Source: Microcystis aeruginosa NIES-2549 (lineage in GTDB: Bacteria > Cyanobacteriota > Cyanobacteriia > Cyanobacteriales > Microcystaceae). Taken from it: 32,000 nucleotides of DNA. Within the stretch, counting starts at the first letter, position 1; each line of letters begins with the position of its first letter. A model generated the notes under the pieces. The model made no database searches. It was not told where the DNA came from and worked only from the letters and a program-made list of their open reading frames with translations. The translations under genes and the position numbers were made by a program. The stretch is taken from positions 1,620,001 through 1,652,000 of the forward strand of contig NZ_CP011304.1 of NCBI RefSeq assembly GCF_000981785.2, written 5' to 3'. Positions 23,888 to 32,000 of this stretch are shown in pieces.

Positions 23888-25000
23888 TTAGGTTCTCACT
23901 AAGGATTTATTGACACTGGCCTCAATTTGATAAATAGAGGAAAGGACGCTACCTTGATGATTATTGACTAGATCGTATTTGACTTCTTGTAAATAATTAA
24001 AAATGGCATCTCGCAGAATCGGTTTTTCAATGTTTACCCGGTGCTGATAGTCCCATAAATCCCACACTATCAAACCAATTCCCACGATTGGATCAATTAA
24101 TTCTGCCCCAAAACTACTCGCTACTGCTCCACCGGTTTTAGTGGCAATTTTCGCCCCCGTTTTTCCCGCTAGGGACAAGTAAACTGTGCTGCCAACTTTC
24201 ATCACTGGAATCATAGATTTAACTCCTAAAGCAGTGGCACCACCGACTAAAAGTTTAATTGATGTGTTAGAAATATTGCCCTCGGTATCTTGAATTGTTA
24301 TGGCTATATCACTAAGATAACGGTCCCATTTACCTTGGGGAATTTGATAACTGGCCTGAATATTCTCTAATTCATTGCTTAAATTACTGACATATAAATT
24401 AACGGCATCCCTAGTAATTCTCTCTAGACGCAACTGGGCCTCTTGGGGACGAATTACCCGTTTGGTAAACTCGGTTTGAATAGTTTTGGTCAAATTTTCT
24501 GCCACTACCTGTTCCGGGGGTGGATTATCTGTATTGACCCAGTGAGCGATCGAGGAGTATAATCCACTTAAAAAGGCCTTGCCCTCAAATTGTTTTTGAT
24601 TGAAATAGTTAAAATACCAAGGCAGAAAACCCTGATCTACTCTTGTCATCAACTCCTTCACCCATGCCTCAATTTCTCCTAGGGCAAATGTTTGAGAATT
24701 TGCTCTCGCTGTCTGTAAAGCTTGGCTAATCTCCCGATCGATTTTGCTGTTAGATTTTTGGGGTATAGTGATGGGAATCTCTAGGTTAGTTTCAGTAGCA
24801 ACCCTAGTTTTTAACGGTTCATTGCCCGCATTTCCTAGCCAAATTTTCCCTAAAAGAGGCACGATAACCACTAGAACAACTATAGCCCAAATTAACGGGG
24901 TGATCGCCTTAATCAGTTGACTGATCGCCTGAATGCGGTTAGTTTTTTCACTATACTGAGGTGGCTCAATATTCTCTTGTGAATCTGGCCTGGAGTTCAT
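23888..25000 (-). CDS. hypothetical membrane-anchored protein
   Basis: 370 aa with one N-terminal TM helix (ITPLIWAIVVLVVIVPLLG), a helical middle part and a Gly/Ala-rich hydrophobic C-terminal region (LLVGGATALGVKS...GAVASSFGAELIDPIVGIGLIVW). No family recognised. Confidence 0.65.
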   Translation of the reverse strand: MNSRPDSQENIEPPQYSEKTNRIQAISQLIKAITPLIWAIVVLVVIVPLLGKIWLGNAGNEPLKTRVATETNLEIPITIPQKSNSKIDREISQALQTARANSQTFALGEIEAWVKELMTRVDQGFLPWYFNYFNQKQFEGKAFLSGLYSSIAHWVNTDNPPPEQVVAENLTKTIQTEFTKRVIRPQEAQLRLERITRDAVNLYVSNLSNELENIQASYQIPQGKWDRYLSDIAITIQDTEGNISNTSIKLLVGGATALGVKSMIPVMKVGSTVYLSLAGKTGAKIATKTGGAVASSFGAELIDPIVGIGLIVWDLWDYQHRVNIEKPILRDAIFNYLQEVKYDLVNNHQGSVLSSIYQIEASVNKSLVRT

Positions 25001-25129
25001 CAGCTAACCTACTTAAAATTATTGGATCGTCGTTCTCAAAAAACCGCAGAAACCCCAATTTTCCGAGCAGTAAACTGGAGAGGGCATATCGGGTAGAAGA
25101 CAGCCAATACCCGATAAATATCGGCAATT

Positions 25130-25444
25130 TCAGCGAATTTCTGCCTTCATCCGCTCAAGGGTTTGCTGCATTTGGTCGAACATCATTTGGGGAGTCATAC
25201 CAAATTGACCTAATTGGGTTTTTAGCTGTTCTACGGTCATTTGGGCGGAGAAATCCTCAGATAACTCGAAACGCTTCATAAATATCTTGTAGCGTTCCAT
25301 TAACTCTTCCATCCTATCGATAAAGATTATTTTCCCCTCTCGATCGAATTTACCGTACTCGCTGCCCAGTTGTGTGAGAGACTGGTAATCCTCAAATAGC
25401 TGTCTAGCTTCCTGTTGAACCACTTCTGAGTCAAAGAATCCCAT
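25130..25444 (-). CDS. small conserved cyanobacterial protein (DUF1825-like; name from memory)
   Basis: 104 aa: MGFFDSEVVQQEARQLFEDYQSLTQLGSEYGKFDREGKIIFIDRMEELMERYKIFMKRFELSEDF. Confidence 0.65.
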   Translation of the reverse strand: MGFFDSEVVQQEARQLFEDYQSLTQLGSEYGKFDREGKIIFIDRMEELMERYKIFMKRFELSEDFSAQMTVEQLKTQLGQFGMTPQMMFDQMQQTLERMKAEIR

Positions 25445-25683
25445 AATCTTAAAACGGCTTATTGTCGATAGTTATTCTCCATCCTATTTTATTTTAGCTG
25501 GGGAAAAAGTCTAGCTCCAGCCGATTTACGGATTACCGTATTGGGGAAATCGAGAAGATCACAAACGATCTCTCGTCGCGGTTTAACCGTTGCCCCAGGG
25601 AGTTTAACATAAAAAGTGAAAAATCAAGAATTGTCCTTTAACTGCCCCACAGGGACTATTTTGATCAATTTGGGCTGCGGCCC

Positions 25684-26433
25684 TTATAATTTGCCAAAAC
25701 GACGATGACGACCCTGATAATCTTTTAAAGCGCGGTGAAATTGCACTCGATCGAAATCGGGCCAGAGGGTTTCAGTAACGTAGATTTCCGCGTAGGCCAT
25801 TTGCCAGAGTAAAAAATTACTAATTCGCATTTCCCCACTACTGCGAATTAACAGGTCTGGGTTAGGAATCCCAGCAGTATAAAGATACTGTTCAAAGAGA
25901 GATTCATCGATCGCTTCCGGGGAGATTAAACCCTGTTGCACCTGACGAGCGATCGCCTGACAAGCTTGCACAATTTCCTCTCGGCCACCATAATTAGTCG
26001 CCACCGTAAATTGAATACCGGAATTTTTGCTAGTTTCTGCTTGAGATTTAGCAATTTCCCGTCTTAAAGACTCTGGCAAGGCTGATAAATTACCAATAAA
26101 GCGAATTTTGACATTTTCCTGCATCATTTCCTCTAATTCGCGCCGCAAAACCCGCTCGAATAGAGTCATTAAAAACTCCACTTCCTCCAGGGGACGACCC
26201 CAATTTTCCGTAGAAAAAGCATAAGCGGTTAGAGCGGGAATACCCCAGTCACGACAACAGCGCAGCAAGTCCTTAAGTGCATCTACTCCCCTTTGATGGC
26301 CCATAATCCGCGGTAAACCACGATTTTTCGCCCAACGACCGTTCCCATCCATAATCACTGCGACGTGCTGAGGCAAACGGTTTTTATCTAAATCCGTAGG
26401 TAATTCTGGTGACAAGCTCGGTTTAAGAGTCAT
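25684..26433 (-). CDS. uppS: isoprenyl transferase / undecaprenyl-diphosphate synthase
   Basis: 249 aa. Contains [26 protein letters not shown] and [21 protein letters not shown]. Confidence 0.95.
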   Translation of the reverse strand: MTLKPSLSPELPTDLDKNRLPQHVAVIMDGNGRWAKNRGLPRIMGHQRGVDALKDLLRCCRDWGIPALTAYAFSTENWGRPLEEVEFLMTLFERVLRRELEEMMQENVKIRFIGNLSALPESLRREIAKSQAETSKNSGIQFTVATNYGGREEIVQACQAIARQVQQGLISPEAIDESLFEQYLYTAGIPNPDLLIRSSGEMRISNFLLWQMAYAEIYVTETLWPDFDRVQFHRALKDYQGRHRRFGKL

Positions 26434-27350
26434 TTTCTATCTTTGGGGGTTGCGCTGGGCGAACGGGAGAACTTTTCTAAGATTAGACGACCTTTTAAGC
26501 CAATTGTACGCCCTAAACGTCCCCAACTCGGTGCGACCACTTCCCCCTCTCCCGACGGAGAAAACTTCGCTTCGAGAAGCTCTTTTAGTTTACTACTGGT
26601 TAAAGGCCGATCCAAATTACCCCCCGACGCGAGGGAAATCGAGCCAGTTTCCTCAGAAACCACAATACAGATACAATTATCTAGCCTTTCGGTGATGCCC
26701 ATGGCCGCCCGATGACGGGTGCCTAATTGCCTAGAGGTACTGCGCTCCGATAGAGGTAGAATAACACCAGCGGCCACCACTCGATCGCCCCGAATAAATA
26801 CAGCCCCATCGTGTAGTAAAGTTTTAGTTTGAAAAATAGTTTGAATTAATTCCTTAGATACTTCACCATTTAGCATCACTCCTGGATTGACAAAGACCTT
26901 GGTATCGAGATTGCCACTGGTTTCTAATACCATCAGCGCACCGGTGCGATTTTGAGATAGATCCTTCACCGCGTCCACTAACTCATCAATGACATTATCG
27001 GTCTTGGGAGTGGGGGAACTTTTTTTAAATAATTCCCACACTTGACCTTTGCCCAATAATTCTAAAAAACGGCGGAATTCCGACTGAAAAATCACAGCAA
27101 TCGCTACGGCTGCCCCCAAAATCAATTTTTCTAGGACTAACCCCAGCAAGCGCAATCCTAGGGCATCGCTAATCACCGAGGCCAGCATTAAGTAGATTAG
27201 TCCTCGCACCATCCAAAAGGTACGCCGCTCGCCGATAATTAGCAGCAGCATATAGGTAAGGAGGAGAACTAACCCAAAGTCTAGGACTGACAGACCATGG
27301 CTGAGAATCCAGGACAATAACCGGCGAGGGTCCAGAAAAAAACCCGACAT
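26430..27350 (-). CDS. cdaA: membrane-anchored diadenylate cyclase (CdaA-type DAC domain)
   Basis: 306 aa with N-terminal TM helices. DAC hallmarks are LHDGAVFI (DGA) and [12 protein letters not shown] (RHR). Its TGA overlaps the uppS ATG (ATGA). Confidence 0.92.
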   Translation of the reverse strand: MSGFFLDPRRLLSWILSHGLSVLDFGLVLLLTYMLLLIIGERRTFWMVRGLIYLMLASVISDALGLRLLGLVLEKLILGAAVAIAVIFQSEFRRFLELLGKGQVWELFKKSSPTPKTDNVIDELVDAVKDLSQNRTGALMVLETSGNLDTKVFVNPGVMLNGEVSKELIQTIFQTKTLLHDGAVFIRGDRVVAAGVILPLSERSTSRQLGTRHRAAMGITERLDNCICIVVSEETGSISLASGGNLDRPLTSSKLKELLEAKFSPSGEGEVVAPSWGRLGRTIGLKGRLILEKFSRSPSATPKDRK

Positions 27351-27371
27351 GGGGGACGATAGCGATGAGGT

Positions 27372-28775
27372 TTATATCAAGGAGAGTCGATTGGGTAAGC
27401 GGTCTTGACGCAGCAGATCCGCCAGATTTTCCCGTTCAAGGATGAGATTAGCTTCTCCGTTGTGGACAATTACCGCCGCCGGACGGGGTAAGCGGTTGTA
27501 ATTAGAAGCCATACTGTAGTTATAGGCCCCCGTGGCCAAAACCACTAACATATCCCCCGGGTTGGTTTTCGGTAGCGTAATATCCTTAATTAGAATATCG
27601 CCAGATTCACAATGCTTTCCAGCTATTGTCACCACTTCCTGACATTCTTGACTCATTTTATTGGCGACCACGGCCCGGTAAACCGATTGATAGGTAATCG
27701 GTCGGGGATTATCGGACATTCCGCCATCGACGGCGATATAGGTGCGGATTTCGGGGATTTCCTTGCGATTACCCACTGTATAGGCCGTTACGCAAGCGGT
27801 GGCAATCAGAGAGCGTCCCGGTTCGGCAATGAGCAGCGGATAAGCGATACCTCTTTCCTGACAAGCTTTAGCCACTGCTAAGGACACCGCTTGCACCCAT
27901 TCCTCGATACTTGGGGGGTCATCACTTTCCAGGTAGCGAATCCCTAAACCACCACCGACGTTTAATTGCTCTAGGGGTAATCCCCGTTCTAAACCTAATT
28001 TAAACCAATCTGCCAACACAGCGGCTAAGTCTTGGTGGGGTTGACGTTCAAAAATCTGGGAACCGATGTGAGCGTGTAAACCCAGACAATTCAGCACCCG
28101 ATGAGCTAAAACATAGTCAAATACCGCTTCGATTTGATGGGGGTCAAAACCAAATTTACTGTCTAAGTGACCCGTGCGAATATATTCGTGGGTGTGGCAC
28201 TCGATGCCGGGGGTTAACCGCAATAGGATCGGAATAGGGGTATCAGGACGATTTTCGCCTAATTTAACCAGATTTTCTAACTCTAGCCAGTTATCAACGA
28301 TAATAATGCAGTTATGCTCGATCGCATATTCTAACTCGGCGATCGATTTGTTATTACCATGAAAGTATATCGGCACATCGGTTTTATTGATCTGGTCTAA
28401 AGCGGTTAACACCGTATGAATTTCTCCGGCCGAGACCACATCAAAACCTAATCCCTCCCTAGCGACCACGGCCGATACGGCCAGGCAATTCCACGCTTTC
28501 GAGGCATAAATTACCCTAGATTCTCCGGGATAATGAGTCTGGAAACCTTGCAGATATTGACGACAGGCAGTGCGGAGGGTGACTTCATCGACAATATACA
28601 AGGGTGAACCGAAACGTTCCACTAGGGTGGTCACATCACAACCACCGATTTCTAGACAATCGCGGTTATTAACCTTGGCTGTCAGGGGGAACAGGGTTTG
28701 ATTCGGGGATAGACACTCTTGATAGGCTAAATATTTTTGTCCGGAATTGTTGATTTTAGGTTCAGTTGATAGCAT
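27372..28775 (-). CDS. lysA: diaminopimelate decarboxylase
   Basis: 467 aa. Contains YASKAWNC (PLP lysine region), NVGGGLGIRY, AEPGRSLIA and GKHCESGDIL. Confidence 0.95.
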   Translation of the reverse strand: MLSTEPKINNSGQKYLAYQECLSPNQTLFPLTAKVNNRDCLEIGGCDVTTLVERFGSPLYIVDEVTLRTACRQYLQGFQTHYPGESRVIYASKAWNCLAVSAVVAREGLGFDVVSAGEIHTVLTALDQINKTDVPIYFHGNNKSIAELEYAIEHNCIIIVDNWLELENLVKLGENRPDTPIPILLRLTPGIECHTHEYIRTGHLDSKFGFDPHQIEAVFDYVLAHRVLNCLGLHAHIGSQIFERQPHQDLAAVLADWFKLGLERGLPLEQLNVGGGLGIRYLESDDPPSIEEWVQAVSLAVAKACQERGIAYPLLIAEPGRSLIATACVTAYTVGNRKEIPEIRTYIAVDGGMSDNPRPITYQSVYRAVVANKMSQECQEVVTIAGKHCESGDILIKDITLPKTNPGDMLVVLATGAYNYSMASNYNRLPRPAAVIVHNGEANLILERENLADLLRQDRLPNRLSLI

Positions 28776-29003
28776 GAGCGGTGTTTTTTGTCAAGAAATC
28801 GATAATTTTTGTTACAATCTCCGCGCATCCCCGATTCAGTCAAGGGAAATTTGACCGTCGGTGATCTAGATAACCAAAATAGTTCTCTCTTTCAGTGTAC
28901 GATCAACCACCCGCTAAAAATGCCTTTTTTGTCAGGAAAAAATCGAGCAGCGACCCCGAAATAGTGGTAATAGTATTGAAGGAGTGGTCTTAAAAGTGAT
29001 GAT

Positions 29004-29729
29004 ATGACTGACCAGAATGGCGTGTTAGTAGAAGAACAAAGCGAGGATATTACCCGTAAGATGAGTCAATTAGCCACCGAGTCGCCGAAAAATCAATTAC
29101 AAATCCTGACACAATTAGCCGGGGACGGAGAAGGTGGACTAACCGTATTGAGAGATTTTTTATTAGCCGGGCGCCCGACTCCTGTTAATCTGGTGACAGG
29201 GAAGGCTTATCAATTGCTATACCAAGATAATAGCGATCAAAGCAAGGAATTTTTAGCGAATTATTTCCCCACGGGTATTGTTCCCCTCGATAGTGCTAAG
29301 GGTATTGATTATCGACTTTTACAGGAATTATTGGCTAAACAGGATTTTCAAACTGCCGATAGTCTCACCCGTCAAAAACTCTGTGAATTAGCAGGAGAAG
29401 GAGCAATACAGAGAAAATGGGTCTATTTTACGGAAGTAGAAGCTTTCCCCGGTGTGGATATTCAGACTATTGATAATCTTTGGTTGGTTCATTCGGAAGG
29501 GAAATTCGGTTGGTCGGTGCAGCGCAAATTATGGATAGGTGTGGGACAAGATTTCCCGAAACTCTGGCCGAAAATTGGCTGGAAAAATGGCAATAATTGG
29601 ACAAAATACCCCCAAGAATTTATCTGGGATTTAAGCGCTCCCGTGGGCCATTTACCCCTGTTAAATCAACTGCGCGGGGTGAGAGTGGCTGCCTCTTTAT
29701 TCTCCCATCCCGTCTGGAGTGAAAAATAG
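29004..29729 (+). CDS. gun4: GUN4 family protein (Mg-chelatase activator / porphyrin-binding)
   Basis: 241 aa. The C-terminal domain FQTADSLTRQKLCELAGEGAIQRKWVYFTEVEAFPGVDIQTIDNLWLVHSEGKFGWSVQRKLW is typical of GUN4. Confidence 0.88.
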   Translation: MTDQNGVLVEEQSEDITRKMSQLATESPKNQLQILTQLAGDGEGGLTVLRDFLLAGRPTPVNLVTGKAYQLLYQDNSDQSKEFLANYFPTGIVPLDSAKGIDYRLLQELLAKQDFQTADSLTRQKLCELAGEGAIQRKWVYFTEVEAFPGVDIQTIDNLWLVHSEGKFGWSVQRKLWIGVGQDFPKLWPKIGWKNGNNWTKYPQEFIWDLSAPVGHLPLLNQLRGVRVAASLFSHPVWSEK

Positions 29730-29764
29730 ATTGAGAGCATTCGGCCCGCTAGTGTATCAGATTT

Positions 29765-30712
29765 CTACATTTTCGGGACAATTTCCTCTAAGGCCGCTTC
29801 TAGATTAGGATAACGATAGTCAAAACCGAGCGCTTGAGTGGCTTTTGGCAGCACTTCTTGACCTTCTAGGACGATTTTTGCCCCTTCTCCCAAGAGAATT
29901 TCGAGGGCAAAATCTGGCACTGGCAACCAAGAAGGACGATTCATTACTTCCCCTAATATCTGACAGAATTCTTTCATCCGGACGGGATTGGGTGCAGTGG
30001 CGTTGAAAGTGCCGCTAATTTCTGGGCGATCGAGACAATAGATAATTAAATTAATTAAATCATCCCGATGAATCCAAGAAAACCATTGACGACCGCTGCC
30101 AATCGGTCCGCCGGCAAAAAGTTTGAAGGGTGGGATCATTTTCGCCAAAGCACCCCCATTGCCTAAAACAATACCCGTGCGGAGAATGACTAAACGAGTG
30201 CCGTAATCTTTAACTTTTTGGGCGGCTGTTTCCCACTTTTTACAGACATCTGCCAGAAAATCGCCACCGGGAGGGCTATTTTCGTCAAAACTAGCGGTTT
30301 CACTGGTTCCATAGTAACCGATCGCCGAGGAGTTAATTAAAACTTTCGGTTTCTGGGCGGCTAAGGCGGTCGCAACGCGCTCGCTACGCGAGATCGCCTC
30401 GACAATTTTCTCGGTGCCGATTTGCCGACTAGCGACGATTGCCTGTTTTACTTCACCGCTCCAGCGTTCCGAAATCGGTTCCCCCGCTAGATTAATCACC
30501 GCGTCACATCCAGAAATCTCTTTTTGCCAATCCCCCGATTCTGTGGCGATATAGGGAATAATCTCTATCTTAGGATAGATTGACTTTGGGTAAATTCTCT
30601 GGGTTTTATCGGGATTGCGCGTCAAAATTAGGATGTCATCGCCGCGATCATAGAGTTTGACCACCAATCGACTACCCACAAATCCCGTCGCCCCAGTAAT
30701 CGCTATTTTCAT
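29765..30712 (-). CDS. TIGR01777/YfcH-type NAD-dependent epimerase-like protein (SDR fold plus DUF1731)
   Basis: 315 aa. N-terminal Rossmann [16 protein letters not shown]. The C-terminal region is like the atypical SDR family. Confidence 0.85.
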   Translation of the reverse strand: MKIAITGATGFVGSRLVVKLYDRGDDILILTRNPDKTQRIYPKSIYPKIEIIPYIATESGDWQKEISGCDAVINLAGEPISERWSGEVKQAIVASRQIGTEKIVEAISRSERVATALAAQKPKVLINSSAIGYYGTSETASFDENSPPGGDFLADVCKKWETAAQKVKDYGTRLVILRTGIVLGNGGALAKMIPPFKLFAGGPIGSGRQWFSWIHRDDLINLIIYCLDRPEISGTFNATAPNPVRMKEFCQILGEVMNRPSWLPVPDFALEILLGEGAKIVLEGQEVLPKATQALGFDYRYPNLEAALEEIVPKM

Positions 30713-30758
30713 GGTTTCTTGACTAAATTTATCCTTATTTTAGCTGGTTTTTAACTAT

Positions 30759-30832
30759 CAGAACTCAGGAGTCAGGAGTCAGAAGTCAGGAGATTATTTT
30801 TATTTATTCTCCCTACACCCTACACCCCATCA
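30759..30832. repeat. two heptamer tandem arrays (TCAGGAG-type x5; CCCTACA-type x3)
   Basis: tcagaac tcaggag tcaggag tcagaag tcaggag (30759-30793) and ccctaca ccctaca ccccatc (30812-30832). Confidence 0.9.
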
Positions 30833-30841
30833 TCCCACTTC

Positions 30842-31201
30842 TCACTTATCCTGATACCCCATACCGTTGGCTGCCGCGTAACGATTCATAAAGCGCATAA
30901 AACGCTCCCAGTGTTCATCGGTGATTTCAAAACCACATTCTACCCGTTGAATTTCATCCCCTTCATCTCCTCCAAAAATAAACTTAGTCGAGTTGGGAAT
31001 AACTGTAATCACTCCTTCCTCATCGGTGAGACGGAGATCGCCGTAGGTGCGGGTGGTGAAACTTTGGAAACGTTCGATCGCTTTCAGGGTTTTAAAAGTC
31101 ATCAGGACATTGCGAATCCCGGTACTTTTATTTTGGCGGAGACTAACACCGCTTAATTCTTCTGATAAACCGACAAAAAACTCGATCGTGGGAGTGGTCA
31201 T
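30842..31201 (-). CDS. psb28: photosystem II assembly factor Psb28, Psb28-2 (Slr1739-like) paralogue type
   Basis: 119 aa. PTIEFFVGLSEELSGVSLRQNKSTGIRNVLMTFKTLKAIERFQSF...KFIFGGDEGDEIQRVECGFEI..HWERFMRFMNRYAAANGMGY closely resembles my recollection of Synechocystis Psb28-2. Confidence 0.88.
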   Translation of the reverse strand: MTTPTIEFFVGLSEELSGVSLRQNKSTGIRNVLMTFKTLKAIERFQSFTTRTYGDLRLTDEEGVITVIPNSTKFIFGGDEGDEIQRVECGFEITDEHWERFMRFMNRYAAANGMGYQDK

Positions 31202-31306
31202 AGGTGTGGGTATAAAATTTTAGTTATTGATTTTCTCTTAATTACTTTGGACGGGAGAAAAGTAGTTCATGACTACTAATAAAGTAACCATGAACCGAAA
31301 AACAAG

Positions 31307-31420
31307 CTATTCCGCTTCTCCACCTTGGATTTTGAGGAGGAGAAAACCCCAAGCTAATCCGACGAGGACGAGAACGATCGCCACGATCGGCCCATTAAAT
31401 AACATACTTTCTGCGGTCAT
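31307..31420 (-). CDS. petM: cytochrome b6-f complex subunit 7 (PetM)
   Basis: Below the ORF-track cutoff. Hand translation gives [37 protein letters not shown] (37 aa), compared with Synechocystis PetM [36 protein letters not shown] from memory. Confidence 0.9.
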   Translation of the reverse strand: MTAESMLFNGPIVAIVLVLVGLAWGFLLLKIQGGEAE

Positions 31421-31714
31421 GGTGATTGCTCCTGAGCCTAGAATAATCGATCAATGGTATTTTAACCTACGAAGGCGATCGACTGCTGCTGGACTAGGGC
31501 AAAATTGAGGGAGAAAATCGGCCAATAACTTTGAGAACTTTCCTAGTATATATGTTCTGGCTATGCCGCCCCTCTCCTCAAGGAAGGATGCTCAACCCCA
31601 TGCTAGATATTTTTAATACTATCTTTATATTTGCCGTCGCCACTTTGTGTTAGGGTCTTATCTGCTTAATTCTCCACTTATACTAGAAAAATTAAGTATT
31701 GATAACTATTGGTG

Positions 31715-32000
31715 ATGACTGGTAAAAAATCCTTTATGCTCAAGATCAAGTTAATATTATTTTTAGGTTTGTTGCTGCTGAGTTGTCAATTGACTAATCT
31801 CAATGGTAATAATAGTTCGACGGCTCAGATTACGATTGAGAATCAAGGGCAAATATTACCGATCACGGCCAAAGCAGATATTAATGGTCAGATGATTGAG
31901 TTAGAAGTGGCTAAAACCCCCGAACAACAGGCCAAGGGTTTAATGTATCGCTCGTCTTTGGAGAAGAATCGCGGTATGCTATTTCCCTTTGCACAACCTC
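31715..32000 (+). CDS. DUF192 family protein, N-terminal part (continues past the window end)
   Basis: Open at the window edge. From ATG 31715 (alternative start 31736) it reads MTGKKSFMLKIKLILFLGLLLLSCQ...ELEVAKTPEQQAKGLMYRSSLEKNRGMLFPFAQP. The signal/lipobox LLSC and the GLMyR...GMLF motif are typical of DUF192. Confidence 0.75.
   Translation, partial: MTGKKSFMLKIKLILFLGLLLLSCQLTNLNGNNSSTAQITIENQGQILPITAKADINGQMIELEVAKTPEQQAKGLMYRSSLEKNRGMLFPFAQP

Noticed and set aside
26443-28362. Plus-strand ORFs inside cdaA and lysA (26443-26715, 26450-26695, 27612-27881, 28174-28362)
   Set aside because: They are antisense shadows within well-supported genes.
31269-31508. 79-aa plus-strand ORF
   Set aside because: It is antisense to a clear petM gene. 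The product is Arg/Thr/Pro-rich with no recognisable features.
31588-31653. 21-codon hydrophobic ORF (MLNPMLDIFNTIFIFAVATLC) in the petM/DUF192 intergenic region, considered as a missed photosynthetic micro-protein
   Set aside because: It does not resemble any small PSI, PSII or b6-f subunit I know. The purine-rich stretch abuts the ATG with no spacing. It cannot be supported without conservation or ribosome-profiling data.

Overview
The window is cyanobacterial chromosome. The HIP1 octamer GCGATCGC is frequent, photosystem genes are present, and intergenic heptamer micro-repeats point to a unicellular or colonial Chroococcalean genome, possibly Microcystis-like. That taxon call is from memory, not from a search. 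Most of the window is conserved core genome. On the minus strand this includes psaA-psaB, psaF-psaJ, cobA plus a YjbQ-family gene, the lysA-cdaA-uppS operon, a psb28-2-like gene and petM. On the plus strand it includes gun4, an agmatinase-like ureohydrolase, tRNA-Val(GAC), a Rieske oxygenase and an amino-acid-binding protein. psaJ and petM were found by hand because they fall below the ORF-track size cutoff. Several small conserved cyanobacterial genes carry DUF-type labels recalled from memory. I saw no CRISPR array, rRNA gene, transposase or integrase. I cannot point to one clearly novel multi-gene system. The best candidates are listed here. (1) An AT-rich accessory islet at 18.3-21.4 kb, where a RelE/HigA-type and an MNT/HepT toxin-antitoxin pair bracket two divergently transcribed genes. 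One is a PEP-CTERM matrixin protease. The other is a stand-alone copy of the HTH module that normally heads large STAND/WD40 proteins, and its promoter carries ATAATGTC direct repeats. (2) A promoter-to-terminator unit of about 190 nt (11.49-11.69 kb) in front of an orphan amino-acid-binding protein gene. It looks like an unclassified riboregulator or sRNA. (3) A DUF29 gene and a dynamin-like GTPase (cut by the window edge) placed directly behind the psaB terminator, whose 3' arm also supplies the only SD-like sequence for DUF29. (4) A PGM1-like ATP-grasp ligase downstream of psaFJ. All family names come from motif recognition by eye. Nothing was searched against a database.
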